A stretch of 32,000 bases of DNA, from positions 540,001 to 572,000 of the forward strand of contig NZ_LT906458.1 of the NCBI RefSeq assembly GCF_900187275.1, given 5' to 3'. The DNA is from Pasteurella multocida. GTDB lineage: Bacteria > Pseudomonadota > Gammaproteobacteria > Enterobacterales > Pasteurellaceae. Each line of letters starts with the position of its first letter. Positions within the stretch are counted from its first letter, which is position 1. Both the position numbers and the translations under genes were made by a program. A model generated the notes under the pieces. That model ran no database searches. It had not been told where the DNA came from and saw nothing but the letters and a program-made list of their open reading frames with translations. Below are positions 1 to 11,059 of the stretch, piece by piece.

Positions 1-2
1 CA

Positions 3-1262
3 TTGAATGAGTTTAAAACGATGGTTAAAGCATTACATCAAGCGGGTATCGAAGTAATTTTGGATGTCGTGTTTAACCATACAGCTGAGTCAGAAAAGTA
101 TTTCCCGACGTTCAGTCAGCGTGGCATTGATGATGAAACTTACTATTGGCAAGACGCACAAGGACATTATCACAATTGGACGGGCTGCGGTAATACACTT
201 AATTTGTCACAGCCGATCACGCGTCGTTGGGTGCTAGATTGTTTATGCTATTGGGTTGAGGCTTGCCATGTAGACGGTTTTCGTTTTGATTTAGGTTCAG
301 TACTTGGGCGTGAGGGAGAAGGGGGCTTTAACCCACAAGCACAATTATTTGCCGATATTCAAGCAGAACCTCGCTTACAAGGCTGCAAATTGATTGCTGA
401 ACCTTGGGATATTGGTGATTTTGGCTATCAAATGGGTAACTTCCCCGCTTATTTTGCTGAATGGAATGATCGTTTTCGTGATGATGTGACGCGTTTTTGG
501 TTGTGGAAGAGTGGTGAAAGTGGTGCATTTGCACAACGTTTAGCGGGGTCAAGTGATTTATTCCAACAAACCCGCCAAGTACACAATTCGATTAATTTCA
601 TTACCGCACATGATGGTTTTACTTTACGTGATTTAGTCAGTTATAACGAGAAACACAATTGGGCAAATGGTGAAAATAACCGAGATGGGCGTAATCACAA
701 TTACAGTTATAACCATGGTGTTGAAGGGATCGACAATGTGCCAAGTGCGGTAGAAAATGGGCGTCTTTTAAGTAGCATTGCCTTATTGATGAATTTACTC
801 TTAGCAAATGGCACGCCGATGCTCCTTGCGGGGGACGAATTTGGCAATTCTCAGTTTGGTAATAATAATGCCTATTGCCAAGATAATGAAATTGCTTGGC
901 TTAAATGGCAAGATTTTAATCCCGTATTATTTAATGCGACTAAGCAAACGATTGCATTGCGAAAACAAATAGCGAGTTTACAACAAGACTGTTGGTGGTC
1001 TGAGGTAAATGTGCAATGGCTCAATACAAAAGGGGAGCCAATGACAATCGCGGATTGGCATAATCAAGAAAGCAAAGCCTTACAAGTGCTTTTAGATAAC
1101 AAATGGCTTTTTTTGATTAATGCGAAACAAAAATTACAAACTTTTTCGTTACCAGAAGGTGATTGGGAAGTTATGTATTGTGCAACAAACTTAACCACTC
1201 AAGGCGGTTTTATCGAGTTGGATGATGTCACTTTTGGTGTGTTGCAACAGTTAAATAAGTAG
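3..1262 (+). CDS. glgX: Glycogen debranching enzyme GlgX, C-terminal part (5' end lies outside the window)
   Basis: The ORF is open from the window edge. GH13 catalytic-region motifs are present (GFRFDL, EPWD, FITAHDGFTL). It sits directly upstream of glgC-glgA-glgP, as in enterobacterial and Pasteurellaceae glg operons. Confidence 0.9.
   Translation: MNEFKTMVKALHQAGIEVILDVVFNHTAESEKYFPTFSQRGIDDETYYWQDAQGHYHNWTGCGNTLNLSQPITRRWVLDCLCYWVEACHVDGFRFDLGSVLGREGEGGFNPQAQLFADIQAEPRLQGCKLIAEPWDIGDFGYQMGNFPAYFAEWNDRFRDDVTRFWLWKSGESGAFAQRLAGSSDLFQQTRQVHNSINFITAHDGFTLRDLVSYNEKHNWANGENNRDGRNHNYSYNHGVEGIDNVPSAVENGRLLSSIALLMNLLLANGTPMLLAGDEFGNSQFGNNNAYCQDNEIAWLKWQDFNPVLFNATKQTIALRKQIASLQQDCWWSEVNVQWLNTKGEPMTIADWHNQESKALQVLLDNKWLFLINAKQKLQTFSLPEGDWEVMYCATNLTTQGGFIELDDVTFGVLQQLNK
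743..751 (+). repeat. Uptake signal sequence core AAGTGCGGT (intragenic, glgX)
   Basis: Perfect 9-mer read directly from the sequence. Confidence 0.8.
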
Positions 1263-1334
1263 TAATTATATGTAAACAATAATAAGGGTTGTTGATATGA
1301 GGTTGTGCAACGTTACCCAATAATGGAGGTCATT

Positions 1335-2642
1335 ATGAATAGTAGCATTGTAAAATTGCCTAATAAATATGAGTTAGTGAAAGATACGTTAGTCTTAATT
1401 CTGGCAGGGGGTCGGGGGTCTCGCCTGTATGAGTTGACGGATAAACGTGCAAAACCAGCACTGTATTTCGGGGGGAATCGTCGGATTATCGATTTTGCAT
1501 TATCAAATTGCTTAAATTCAGGTTTAAACCGCATTGGTGTCGTGACACAATATGCGGCGCATTCTTTGCTACGTCATTTACAAAACGGTTGGTCATTCTT
1601 ACCCGCTGAGCGCGGCGAATTTATTGATATGTTACCTGCGCGTCAGCAGATTGATGATTCAACGTGGTACCGTGGTACGGCCGATGCGGTTTATCAAAAT
1701 ATGGCGATCATTCGTGATCATTACTGCCCTAAATATATCCTGATTTTGGCTGGGGATCATATTTACAAACAAGATTATAGCCAAATGTTATTGGATCACA
1801 TTCATAGTGGCGCAAAATGTACAGTCGGTTGTATTGAAGTTGAACGTGAAAAAGCCACGGAATTTGGTGTGATGGCAGTGAATGAAAACTTAAAAGTGAA
1901 GTCATTTGTGGAAAAACCAAAAGATCCACCAGCGATGGTCGGTAAACCAAACACTTCACTCGCCTCCATGGGGATTTATGTGTTTGATGCGGATTATCTT
2001 TATGATGTGTTAGAACGTGAAGTCAGTTCACCTTATACCTCACATGACTTTGGTAAAGATATTTTACCAAAAGCATTAGAAGAAGGCGTATTGTATGCGC
2101 ATCCATTTAGCCGTTCGTGCATGGGACGCAATACTGAAGGGGAAATTTACTGGCGTGATGTGGGGACATTAGACAGTTTCTGGCAATCGAATATTGACTT
2201 AGTGTGTGAAAATCCACAGTTAGATATTTATGACCAAAGTTGGCCAATTCGTGGGAACCCAGTACAAACCTATCCATCAAAATTCTTCTATAAGAAAGAA
2301 AATGCGCGTCCAGTAGATAATTCCTTGATTTCTGGTGGTTGCGTGATTACAGATGCTTCTATTAGTTATTCCGTCTTATTTGACCGGATTAAAATTAATG
2401 AAGGTTCTCAAATTGATCACTGCGTCGTGTTACCACAAGTGACGATTGGTAAAAACTGTAAATTAAAACGTTGTATCATTGATCGCCATTCTGTGATTCC
2501 AGATGGCATGGAAATTGGCGTGGATTTAGAACTTGATCGTCAACGTTTTAGAGTCAGCTCTGGTGGTGTTGTATTGGTGACACCATCCATGTTAAAGAAG
2601 CTTAATGGTGAAGAAGTGGCGTCAGAAGCCCATCTTGATTAA
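1335..2642 (+). CDS. glgC: Glucose-1-phosphate adenylyltransferase
   Basis: Contains the ILAGGRGSRL nucleotide-binding motif and has full-length similarity to GlgC. ATG at 1335 is preceded by GGAGG at 1325-1329. The ORF-track start at 1305 is a GTG extension. Confidence 0.95.
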   Translation: MNSSIVKLPNKYELVKDTLVLILAGGRGSRLYELTDKRAKPALYFGGNRRIIDFALSNCLNSGLNRIGVVTQYAAHSLLRHLQNGWSFLPAERGEFIDMLPARQQIDDSTWYRGTADAVYQNMAIIRDHYCPKYILILAGDHIYKQDYSQMLLDHIHSGAKCTVGCIEVEREKATEFGVMAVNENLKVKSFVEKPKDPPAMVGKPNTSLASMGIYVFDADYLYDVLEREVSSPYTSHDFGKDILPKALEEGVLYAHPFSRSCMGRNTEGEIYWRDVGTLDSFWQSNIDLVCENPQLDIYDQSWPIRGNPVQTYPSKFFYKKENARPVDNSLISGGCVITDASISYSVLFDRIKINEGSQIDHCVVLPQVTIGKNCKLKRCIIDRHSVIPDGMEIGVDLELDRQRFRVSSGGVVLVTPSMLKKLNGEEVASEAHLD

Positions 2643-2657
2643 TTAAGTATGGCATCT

Positions 2658-2700
2658 AAGAAAATACGGTGTTTTGTCGTACGCCGTATTTTCTTTTGCA
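2658..2700 (+). terminator. Intercistronic hairpin / partial terminator between glgC and glgA
   Basis: AAGAAAATACGGTG (2658-2671) pairs with CGCCGTATTTTCTT (2682-2695), with one G-U pair and a 10-nt loop. The 3' side is T-rich (TTTTCTTTTG). Confidence 0.45.
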
Positions 2701-2721
2701 ATATCTTCAAAGGAATAAAAA

Positions 2722-4164
2722 ATGAAAGTATTACATGCTTGCTCGGAGTTATACCCCTTGTTAAAAACCGGTGGGTTGGCAGATGTGATGGGCGCATTAC
2801 CTTTTGCACAAAAAGAGATTGGAATTGACGCACGTATTGTCTTACCGGCGTATCCTGCAATTAAGGCGGGCATTCCTGAGACGACTGTTGTCAGTGAATT
2901 TGATAATTTTGCAGGGCATATTGTGTTGCGTTATGGTGAATATAAAGGTCTTGGTGTGTATTTAATTGATGCGCCTCATTTATATCAACGTGAAGGCAAT
3001 CCTTACCATGATCAATGGTATAACGATTATGCCGATAACTATAAACGTTTTGCATTATTAGGCTGGGTCGCAGCGGAATTAGCCACGGGATTAGACAGTT
3101 GGTGGCATGCGGATGTGGTGCATGCACATGACTGGCATGCCGGATTAGCCAGTGCTTATTTGTTTAATAAAGGTCGCCCTGCTAAATCTGTTTTCACGAT
3201 TCATAATTTAGCCTATCAAGGACAATTTGCTTATCACCATTTAGTTGAAATTGGTTTACCTGCTGGCATGTTCCATGTGGATGGATTGGAATTACACGGT
3301 CAGATTTCTTACTTAAAAGCGGGACTTTATTATTCTGATGCGGTGACGGCAGTGAGCCCAACTTATGCAAAAGAAATCACCACCCCTGAATTTGGGTATG
3401 GCTTACAAGGGCTATTAACCACATTAAATTCACAAGGGAAATTAGTCGGGATTTTAAATGGTGTGGATGATCAAATCTGGCATCCAAATCATGATGCGTA
3501 CATTGAGCATCATTACAAATTAAAAGCCATGACGGGTAAACGTAAAAACAAAGAGGCATTGCAAGCTTACTTTAACTTACCACAAGATCCGGACGCGTTA
3601 TTATTTGTGATGGTGACACGTTTAACAGAGCAAAAGGGGGTGGATCTGTTAATTGACAGTGCCGAAGAAATTGTAAAACAGGGTGGGCAATTAACGATTT
3701 TAGGTTCAGGATCGCCGCATTTAGAAGCCGGTATCTTACATTTAGCCCAGCAATATCCACACCAAATTGCGGTGAAAATTGGCTATGATGAAGCCTTATC
3801 TCATTTAATGATTGCAGGTGGTGACGTCATTTTAGTGCCAAGTCGTTTTGAGCCTTGTGGCTTAACGCAGTTATACGGTTTGAAATATGGCACCTTACCG
3901 TTAGTCAGAGCCACCGGTGGTTTGGCGGATACCGTGGTAAATGCGACAGTAGAAAACATCAAGTCACGACTAGCGACAGGATTTGTATTTGAGCAAGCAA
4001 GCCGTGAGGCATTACGCCAAGCCTTAGTAAATGCCTTTGCGTTATGGCAAAAACAGCGCCTTTGGTTTACGGTGCGTAGCGTCGCGATGGAACAAGATTT
4101 TAGCTGGCAAATTTCAGCGACGGGTTATCATGCCCTATATCAACGTCTTTTATCGTTCAACTAG
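2722..4164 (+). CDS. glgA: Glycogen synthase (ADP-glucose type, GT5)
   Basis: The N-terminal KTGGLADV motif is present. Length is 480 aa and the gene sits between glgC and glgP. Confidence 0.95.
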   Translation: MKVLHACSELYPLLKTGGLADVMGALPFAQKEIGIDARIVLPAYPAIKAGIPETTVVSEFDNFAGHIVLRYGEYKGLGVYLIDAPHLYQREGNPYHDQWYNDYADNYKRFALLGWVAAELATGLDSWWHADVVHAHDWHAGLASAYLFNKGRPAKSVFTIHNLAYQGQFAYHHLVEIGLPAGMFHVDGLELHGQISYLKAGLYYSDAVTAVSPTYAKEITTPEFGYGLQGLLTTLNSQGKLVGILNGVDDQIWHPNHDAYIEHHYKLKAMTGKRKNKEALQAYFNLPQDPDALLFVMVTRLTEQKGVDLLIDSAEEIVKQGGQLTILGSGSPHLEAGILHLAQQYPHQIAVKIGYDEALSHLMIAGGDVILVPSRFEPCGLTQLYGLKYGTLPLVRATGGLADTVVNATVENIKSRLATGFVFEQASREALRQALVNAFALWQKQRLWFTVRSVAMEQDFSWQISATGYHALYQRLLSFN

Positions 4165-4288
4165 TATAGATTGAAGTGTGTAAATTTTTGGTCTGTTGTT
4201 ATTTTTTTGATAAAAAATTGTTGCATTTTTAGTCAAAAATGACTAAATTGCACCGTTTTCTAAAATAATTAGGAGTGTAAAATAAATT

Positions 4289-6745
4289 ATGATTATGGAT
4301 AACTTTGATTCACCTTTTCTCTATAATCGCCCTGAAATTACCGTTGACTCGTTGAAAAAAAGTATTGTTTATAAATTGATTTTTTCAATTGGTCGATCAC
4401 CGAAAGAAGCCAGTCAACGTGATTGGTTGAATGCCACTTTATATGCGGTACGTGATTTTGTGACAGAAGGTTGGATTACGACAGCACGTCAATCAAGAAG
4501 TGAAGAAACCCGTCGTGTTTATTATCTGTCAATGGAGTTTTTAATTGGTCGTACGTTGTCTAATGCGATGCTCGCAGAAGGCGTTTATGACGTCGCGAAG
4601 CAAGCCTTATCTGAACTTAACGTCAACTTAGAAGATGTATTAGAAAAAGAAGTTGATCCGGGTTTAGGTAATGGGGGATTAGGGCGTTTAGCGGCTTGTT
4701 TTATGGACTCTATCGCGACCCTAGCTTTACCTGGTGTAGGATACGGTATTCGTTATGAATACGGTATGTTTAAGCAAGAAATCGAAGATGGTCACCAAGT
4801 GGAAAAGCCGGATGCTTGGCTAGATAAAGGCGCCGCATGGGAGTTTATTCGTCCTTCGAAACGTCATACTGTTCGTTTTGGTGGCGGCATTCATTTTGAA
4901 GGTAAAAAATGTATTTGGACGAGCAAAGAAGAAGTTGAAGCCTTAGCGTATGACCAAATGATTCCAGGGTATGCGAATGATTCAGCCGCAACACTACGTT
5001 TATGGAGTGCTTATGCGGGGGATCGTTTTGATTTAGCAGATTTTAATAAAGGCGATTATTTTGCTGCAGTACAAGATCGCACATTAAGTAAAAATATCTC
5101 GCGCGTATTGTATCCTGATGATTCGACTTGGAGTGGACGTGAATTGCGTTTGCGTCAAGAATATTTCTTAGTTTCTGCTTCGTTACAAGACATTATCTAT
5201 CGCCATAAGCGTATTCATAACACGATGGAAAACTTTGCAGACAAAGTGGCAATTCATTTAAATGATACTCACCCTGCCTTAGCCATTCCGGAATTAATGG
5301 TGATTTTAATTGACCAAGAAGGTTACGAATGGAAGAAAGCATGGGACATTACTCGTCGTGTGTTCTCTTATACGTGCCATACGTTAATGTCAGAAGCGTT
5401 GGAAACATGGCCAGTCGAAATGATGGCTCATATTTTACCTCGCCATTTACAAATGATTTTTGAGATCAATGACTACTTCCTAGAGTATGTCAGAACCTAT
5501 GTTTCAACCGATGCGGAATTTATCCGTCGTGTCTCCTTAATTGAAGAAGGCGATCACCGTAAAGTGCGTATGGGCTGGTTATCTGTGGTAGGGTCGAATA
5601 AAGTGAATGGCGTGGCGGCAATTCACTCTGAATTAATGGTCACTTCAACCTTTGCGGATTTTGCGCGTATTTACCCAGAACGCTTTACTAACGTGACTAA
5701 TGGGATTACACCACGTCGTTGGATTGGTGTCGCTAACCCAGAATTATCAGCATTATTTGATCGATACATTGGTAAAGAATGGCGCCGTGATTTAAGTCAA
5801 TTAACCTTGTTAAAAGACAAAGTGCAAGATCCTGAACTGAAAAAATCCATTGCGCAAATCAAATATAATAACAAAGTCAAACTCGCCAATTACATCAAAA
5901 ATGAGTTAGGTGTGGAAGTTGATCCAAATGCCTTATTTGATGTGCAAGTGAAACGTATTCATGAGTACAAACGTCAAATTTTAAACGTCTTGCATATTAT
6001 TGCTCGTTATAACGCGATGTTAGAAAACCCAGAGAAAGATTGGGTACCTCGTGTCTTTATTTTAGCGGGGAAAGCGGCATCTGCGTATTATGCTGCAAAA
6101 CAAACCATTAATTTAATCAATGACGTAGCGAATATCATTAATTACGATGAACGCTTACAAGGTCGTTTAAAAGTGGTGTTTATTCCTAATTATAGTGTCA
6201 GTTTGGCGGAATTGATTATTCCAGCGGCAGACATTTCAGAACAAATTTCATTAGCGGGTACTGAAGCGTCAGGGACAAGTAACATGAAATTTGCCTTAAA
6301 TGGTGCACTCACGATTGGTACATTAGATGGGGCAAACGTTGAAATTTTAGATAATGTGGGTCAAGACCATATCTTTATCTTTGGTAATACGGTTGAACAA
6401 GTGGAATCGTTACGTCGTCACGGATACCGTCCATTTGACTATTATCAAAATGATGAAGAATTGCGTAAAGTGGTTGATCAAATTGTTTCAGGTCGTTTCT
6501 CACCAACGGATGCGAACCGTTATCACCAGTTGTTGCAGTCATTACAATACCATGATTACTATCAGGCATTTGCTGATTTCCGTAGTTATGTGGATATGCA
6601 ACAAAACGTGGATGCGAAATACCAAGATCAAAACGCGTGGATTGACAGTACTTTGCAAAATATTGTCAATATGAGCTATTTCTCTTCAGACCGCACTATC
6701 TTGGAATATGCTGAAAAAATCTGGAAGATTAAGCCAGTGAAATAA
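4289..6745 (+). CDS. glgP: Glycogen/maltodextrin phosphorylase
   Basis: Contains the pyridoxal-phosphate lysine motif [16 protein letters not shown]. Collinear over 818 aa with E. coli GlgP as I recall it. AGGAG lies at 4271-4275. Confidence 0.93.
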   Translation: MIMDNFDSPFLYNRPEITVDSLKKSIVYKLIFSIGRSPKEASQRDWLNATLYAVRDFVTEGWITTARQSRSEETRRVYYLSMEFLIGRTLSNAMLAEGVYDVAKQALSELNVNLEDVLEKEVDPGLGNGGLGRLAACFMDSIATLALPGVGYGIRYEYGMFKQEIEDGHQVEKPDAWLDKGAAWEFIRPSKRHTVRFGGGIHFEGKKCIWTSKEEVEALAYDQMIPGYANDSAATLRLWSAYAGDRFDLADFNKGDYFAAVQDRTLSKNISRVLYPDDSTWSGRELRLRQEYFLVSASLQDIIYRHKRIHNTMENFADKVAIHLNDTHPALAIPELMVILIDQEGYEWKKAWDITRRVFSYTCHTLMSEALETWPVEMMAHILPRHLQMIFEINDYFLEYVRTYVSTDAEFIRRVSLIEEGDHRKVRMGWLSVVGSNKVNGVAAIHSELMVTSTFADFARIYPERFTNVTNGITPRRWIGVANPELSALFDRYIGKEWRRDLSQLTLLKDKVQDPELKKSIAQIKYNNKVKLANYIKNELGVEVDPNALFDVQVKRIHEYKRQILNVLHIIARYNAMLENPEKDWVPRVFILAGKAASAYYAAKQTINLINDVANIINYDERLQGRLKVVFIPNYSVSLAELIIPAADISEQISLAGTEASGTSNMKFALNGALTIGTLDGANVEILDNVGQDHIFIFGNTVEQVESLRRHGYRPFDYYQNDEELRKVVDQIVSGRFSPTDANRYHQLLQSLQYHDYYQAFADFRSYVDMQQNVDAKYQDQNAWIDSTLQNIVNMSYFSSDRTILEYAEKIWKIKPVK

Positions 6746-6762
6746 AAAGCACTTGCTGACAT

Positions 6763-6802
6763 AAAAGTGCGGTAAAAACTAAACGATTTTCACCGCACTT
6801 AG
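6763..6802. terminator. Inverted USS pair forming a hairpin downstream of glgP
   Basis: AAGTGCGGT at 6765-6773 and ACCGCACTT at 6792-6800 form a stem extended by flanking A/T. Confidence 0.7.
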
Positions 6803-6812
6803 TTGAGAAAAG

Positions 6813-6846
6813 AAAAGTCACAGTAACAAGACTGTGGCTTTTTGTT
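6813..6846. terminator. Bidirectional intrinsic terminator between the convergent glgP and ppc genes
   Basis: AAAAGTCACAGT (6813-6824) pairs with ACTGTGGCTTTT (6831-6842), with T-runs on both strands. Confidence 0.75.
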
Positions 6847-6850
6847 TGAC

Positions 6851-9490
6851 TTAACCCGTATTACGCATACCGGCTGCGACACCGGTAATGGTGATCATTA
6901 ACGCTTGTTCCACATCTGGATTTGGATTGTCAGGATTACGTCTTAACCGGCGTAAAAGTTCCACTTGTAACAAATTGAGCGGATCAGTATACACATTACG
7001 TAATGCAATAGATTCTGCAATCCAAGGTAAATCGGACATTAATTGATCTTCGTGAGAAAGAGATAAGACCGTTTGAATGTCCTGTTTTAATTGCTCACGC
7101 AAAGATTCGCCTAAATACCAGAGTGCGGGGTCAACCAAGTGTTGATCATAATGTTCAGAAAGCCAAGTATCCGTTTTACTAAAGACCATTTCTAACATTC
7201 CAATACGCGTGGAGAAAAATGGCCACGTTTTACACATGTCTTCAATAACGGTTTTTTGTCCTTTTTCAATCGCTTGACGAAGAGAGGCGCCTGCCCCTAA
7301 CCAAGCGGGTAACATCAAGCGGTTTTGCATCCAGGCGAAAATCCATGGAATAGCGCGTAAGCTTTCTACACCGCCATTTGGATTACGTTTAGCGGGGCGC
7401 GAGCCTAAAGGTAATTTGGATAATTCTTGTTCTGGCGTCGCTGCACGAAAATAAGGCACGAAATCTTTTTCACCCCGTACGACATCACGGTAAATCTGGC
7501 AAGAGATAGTGGACAGCTCATCCATCACTGTCCGCCATTGTGCTTTAGGTTCTGGTGGGGGAAGGAGATTGGCTTCTAAAATTGCACTGGCATATAAGCC
7601 CAAACTTTCTACGGCAACGGCGGGTAAACCTAATTTAAAACGAATCATTTCTCCTTGCTCTGTGACTCGTAATCCATTTTTTAATGAGCGAGGCGGCTGT
7701 GAAAGTAAGGCCGCATGGGCAGGTGCCCCACCGCGTCCAATGGTACCGCCACGACCATGGAATAAAGTGAGTTCAATATTGCATTTATCGCAGAGGTTGA
7801 CCAAGGCTTCTTGTGCACAGTATTGTGCCCAAGAGGCCGCCATCATCCCCGCATCTTTGGCAGAATCCGAATAACCAATCATCACCATTTGTTTATTATT
7901 GATGACACCACGGTACCAACCAATATTGAAGAGTTCGGACATGACTTGTTCTGAGGCGCGAAGATCATCTAAGGTTTCAAACAACGGCACCACAGGGAGA
8001 TGGTAAGGCACGCCAGATTCTTTCAGTAATAAATGTACAGCAAGCACATCTGAGGCCGTTTTTGCCATAGAAATAATGTAACAAGAAATTACCCCTTCAG
8101 GCTGTTCAGCAATGACACGACAGGTATCCAACACTTCTTGCGTTGCGGCAGAAGGTTGCCATTCTCTTGGTAATAATGGACGACGTGAACTCAGTTCTTT
8201 GATTAAAAAGGCTTGTTTATCACTCTCACTCCATTGCGCATAATCGCCTAAACCGATATAGCGTGTGATTTCCGCAATCGCTTCTGCATGACGGGTACTT
8301 TCTTGACGAATATCTAAGCGAGAAAGTGTTACGCCAAAGCAACGAATACGGCGTAAACAATCGAGTAATAATCCGTTAGCAATGATGCGCATGCCACAGG
8401 CTTGTAAAGATTGATAGCAATCATAAAGCGGTTCCCAAAGTTGCGCATCTTGCGTAATGATGTCTTCTTCAGCAACACGTGGTGTACGGTTAGCTAAGAG
8501 ATCATCGTAATAGGCTAGTGTTGCAGTAAGCTTGCTCCGTAATGCTTTTACAACAGTGCGGTAAGGTTCCACATGTGAGCCGTATTTGGCTTGGAATTCA
8601 GGGGTACATTTTACTACCGAAAGTTCATCAGATAGGGCTTGAATGTCGGTTAAAAAGAGATCGGCAGCTTTCCAACGGGCTAAGCGCAATACTTGACGGG
8701 TTACTTCAGCGGTGACAAAAGGATTCCCGTCACGATCGCCTCCCATCCAAGAGGAAAAACGAATTGGATTGAGTTCAACGGGTAAATGAAAACCAAAATA
8801 TTCGACCGCACTGGTATTTAAATGGCGCAGAAATTCAGGCACCGCCTGCCATAAACTGTTTTCTATGACGGCAAATCCCCATTTTGCTTCTTCAAAGGGG
8901 GTAGGACGTTGGGTACGAATTTCGTTGGTATGCCAAGCCTGTGCGATCAACTGTAATAAACGGCGTTCAATGGCTTTACGCTCAGCGTCGGTTAAATCAG
9001 TATGTTCTAATTTACTTAAACATTTATTAATTTCGACATGTTTATGGACTAGGGAACGACGCGTTACTTCAGTGGGATGGGCCGTTAAGACCAGTTCAAT
9101 TAATAATTTTTGCACGGTTTCCATGACGTTTTCTTTGGGCACCTGTTGCGCTTTTAAGCGTTTAAAAAGGGCTGAAATAGAACGCTCAGAGGCAACATGA
9201 TCGTGGTGGTGACGAGAAATCGTCTGATATTGTTCAGCAATATTGGTTAGATTGAGGAATTGGCTAAATGCGCGAGCCACAGGGATAATGTTCTCGTTAG
9301 AGATAGTCGCTAAGGTGTTTAATAACGCATTACGTGCTTGATCATCCCCATGGCGGGAGTTACGTGAAAGGACACGGATGTTTTCAATTAACTCCAGAAT
9401 GTCACTACCTTGTGCATCACTAATGGTTTCGCCTAAAAAACGCCCTAACATACTGATATTATTACGCATAGTAGAATACTGCTGAATCAT
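6851..9490 (-). CDS. ppc: Phosphoenolpyruvate carboxylase
   Basis: Motifs VLTAHPTE and [10 protein letters not shown] and the C-terminal MRNTG are present. The start [16 protein letters not shown] aligns with E. coli MNEQYSALRSNVSMLG, placing the ATG at 9490. The ORF-track start at 9565 is a TTG extension. Confidence 0.95.
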
Positions 9491-9735
9491 AAAAAGCCTC
9501 TCTGAATAATCCTCGATTTCAACGAATGAAAGGTAAAATACCTCGACTAAGCAAGATATAAACAAAAATACTTTGAAAGATCAATGATAATTAATTCATA
9601 AAATAAAAAAATGGAAATAAGTGGATTTCTTTTGTTTTTAATCAATTTTTTAGATTTTTTATTGAATATTTTTTAATGAATGGCGTTAAATATTAATGCC
9701 CTTATATTGTGAAAAAAATAAGGGCATTATGGACG

Positions 9736-10740
9736 TTAAAGGCGAGATTTGACTGATTTACGGATGACAAGTTCAGGATGCATTTCGATGACGGCACGCT
9801 CTTCAGATTTTTCATTAATGCGTTCGAATAATAAGGTCACCGCACGAGCACCTAAACGGGATTTTGATTGGTGTATGGTGGTTAAAGGTGGGGAGTAAAA
9901 GCGTGAAGCGTGAATATTATCATAACCAATAATTGAAATATCTTCTGGCACACGTAAACCTTTTTCACCGATTGCGGAAATTGCCCCTAACGCCATAACA
10001 TCATTACAGCAAAAGACAGCCGTCGGGAGAGTGTCTTGTGCCAAGATTTTATTCATGCACTCATAACCATCCTCAGGCTCAAAGAATCCCTCCATCACCC
10101 AATCAGGATTAATCTTTAGCCCTGCTTCATTCATCGCTTTAATGAAACCTTCATAGCGTGTTTTGGCTGTCGTTTTCGTAAGCTCACCTGCAATAATACC
10201 GATATCTTTATGCCCGTGATCAATTAAATATTTTGTGGCAAGATAACCGCCCTCAAAACTGTGATCTTGAATGATATCAGTATGTTTATTATCTGGTCCC
10301 CAGTCCATCACGACCAGTGGCAAAGAGGTGAAATTCGCTAATAAATCGAGTGAATCTTGAGTATATTCTGCACACATGACTAAGATGCCATCGACGCGTT
10401 TTTTAATCAGCATTTCAAGGTGGTTTTTAATTTTTTCCACGTTATTTTGTGTATTACATAAAAACAGTGAGTAACCTTGGCGATAGCAATGTTCTTCCAC
10501 CGCGTGAATGATTTCTGCAAAATAAGGGGCTTCACTACTGGTGACAATCATGCCAATCGATTTTGTCGTATTGACTTTTAAGCTACGTGCGACCGCACTA
10601 GGGGAATAGTTGAGTTCTTGAATTGCTTGCAATACCAGTTTTTCTGTTTCAGCTGCAACAAAGCGGGTTTTATTAATTACATGCGAAACTGTGGTGGTGG
10701 ACACCCCAGCCATTTTTGCGACATCTTTAATTGTTGCCAT
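9736..10740 (-). CDS. purR: Purine nucleotide synthesis repressor (LacI family)
   Basis: The N-terminus [27 protein letters not shown]...[13 protein letters not shown] is nearly identical to E. coli PurR as recalled. Length is 334 aa. Confidence 0.93.
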   Translation of the reverse strand: MATIKDVAKMAGVSTTTVSHVINKTRFVAAETEKLVLQAIQELNYSPSAVARSLKVNTTKSIGMIVTSSEAPYFAEIIHAVEEHCYRQGYSLFLCNTQNNVEKIKNHLEMLIKKRVDGILVMCAEYTQDSLDLLANFTSLPLVVMDWGPDNKHTDIIQDHSFEGGYLATKYLIDHGHKDIGIIAGELTKTTAKTRYEGFIKAMNEAGLKINPDWVMEGFFEPEDGYECMNKILAQDTLPTAVFCCNDVMALGAISAIGEKGLRVPEDISIIGYDNIHASRFYSPPLTTIHQSKSRLGARAVTLLFERINEKSEERAVIEMHPELVIRKSVKSRL

Positions 10741-10769
10741 AATTCTTTTTCTCCATACAAATGGATTTC

Positions 10770-10798
10770 ATTATAAAGAGTGAATGACAATTGGTTAA
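10770..10798 (-). promoter_or_regulatory. Putative purR promoter (TTAACC-17-TATAAT on the minus strand)
   Basis: The -10 TATAAT is the reverse complement of 10770-10775 and the -35 TTAACC is the reverse complement of 10793-10798, with a 17-nt spacer. Confidence 0.45.
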
Positions 10799-10880
10799 GT
10801 AATAGATGAGAAATATTTGTCTAACATCACAATTTTCATTTTTAAATGTTGAAAGAGACTTCTATTTCATATCGGTTTAT

Positions 10881-10889
10881 TGATAGAAT
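10881..10889 (+). promoter_or_regulatory. Extended -10 (TGaTAGAAT) for the small membrane ORF
   Basis: TG at 10881-10882 and TAGAAT at 10884-10889, 34 nt upstream of the ATG at 10923. Confidence 0.4.
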
Positions 10890-10922
10890 GGAACTCTATT
10901 TGATTAATCCGTAGAGGTAACA

Positions 10923-11003
10923 ATGAGTGAATTTGGTTATGCAATGATGACAGTTGCTTTGGCGCTAGGTTTAATTGTTGTATTGGCGTTCTCAATTTTT
11001 TAA
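10923..11003 (+). CDS. Small hydrophobic membrane protein, 26 aa (MSEFGYAMMTVALALGLIVVLAFSIF), YnhF-like
   Basis: The ATG is preceded by GAGGT 6 nt upstream. It has a single predicted TM helix, its own extended -10, and its own terminator. It is divergent from purR, as the 29-aa ynhF is in E. coli by my recollection, and the two share LGLIV. Confidence 0.5.
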   Translation: MSEFGYAMMTVALALGLIVVLAFSIF

Positions 11004-11026
11004 GACTAAACAAAATAAAAATAACG

Positions 11027-11059
11027 AAAGATCGAGGCATAATCGCCTTGGTCTTTTTT
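11027..11059. terminator. Bidirectional terminator (small ORF on plus strand, yfcH-like on minus strand)
   Basis: AAAGATCGAGGC (11027-11038) pairs with GCCTTGGTCTTT (11045-11056), followed by TTTTA. The minus strand is followed by T-rich sequence. Confidence 0.6.

Noticed and set aside
4228-4247. AT-rich palindrome TTTAGTCA-AAAA-TGACTAAA in the glgA-glgP spacer.
   Set aside because: It is a weak all-A/T stem with no U-tail, and it overlaps a plausible glgP promoter (TTGCAT-17-TAAATT). There is not enough evidence to call it an operator or a terminator.
7509-7874. 121-aa plus-strand ORF antisense to ppc. Similar antisense ORFs lie at 8865-9200 (ppc) and at 328-552 (antisense to glgX).
   Set aside because: These are shadow ORFs on the opposite strand of strongly conserved genes. 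They are Gly/Ala/Pro/Ser/Arg-rich translations typical of antisense frames, with no start context.
9491-9565. 25-codon N-terminal extension of ppc in the ORF track. Analogous extensions occur for glgC (1305), argR (12487), lolC (22172), lolD (23334), sirB1 (19292) and gcvA (30850).
   Set aside because: Alignment with remembered E. coli N-termini and RBS positions supports the internal ATGs. The upstream starts are TTG, GTG or out-of-context ATG codons.
9627-9675. Roughly phased T-tracts (T5-T6 at about 9635, 9646, 9655 and 9669) upstream of ppc, suggesting bent DNA.
   Set aside because: The spacing is irregular (11/9/14 bp). AT-rich curved upstream regions are commonplace, so there is nothing specific to test.
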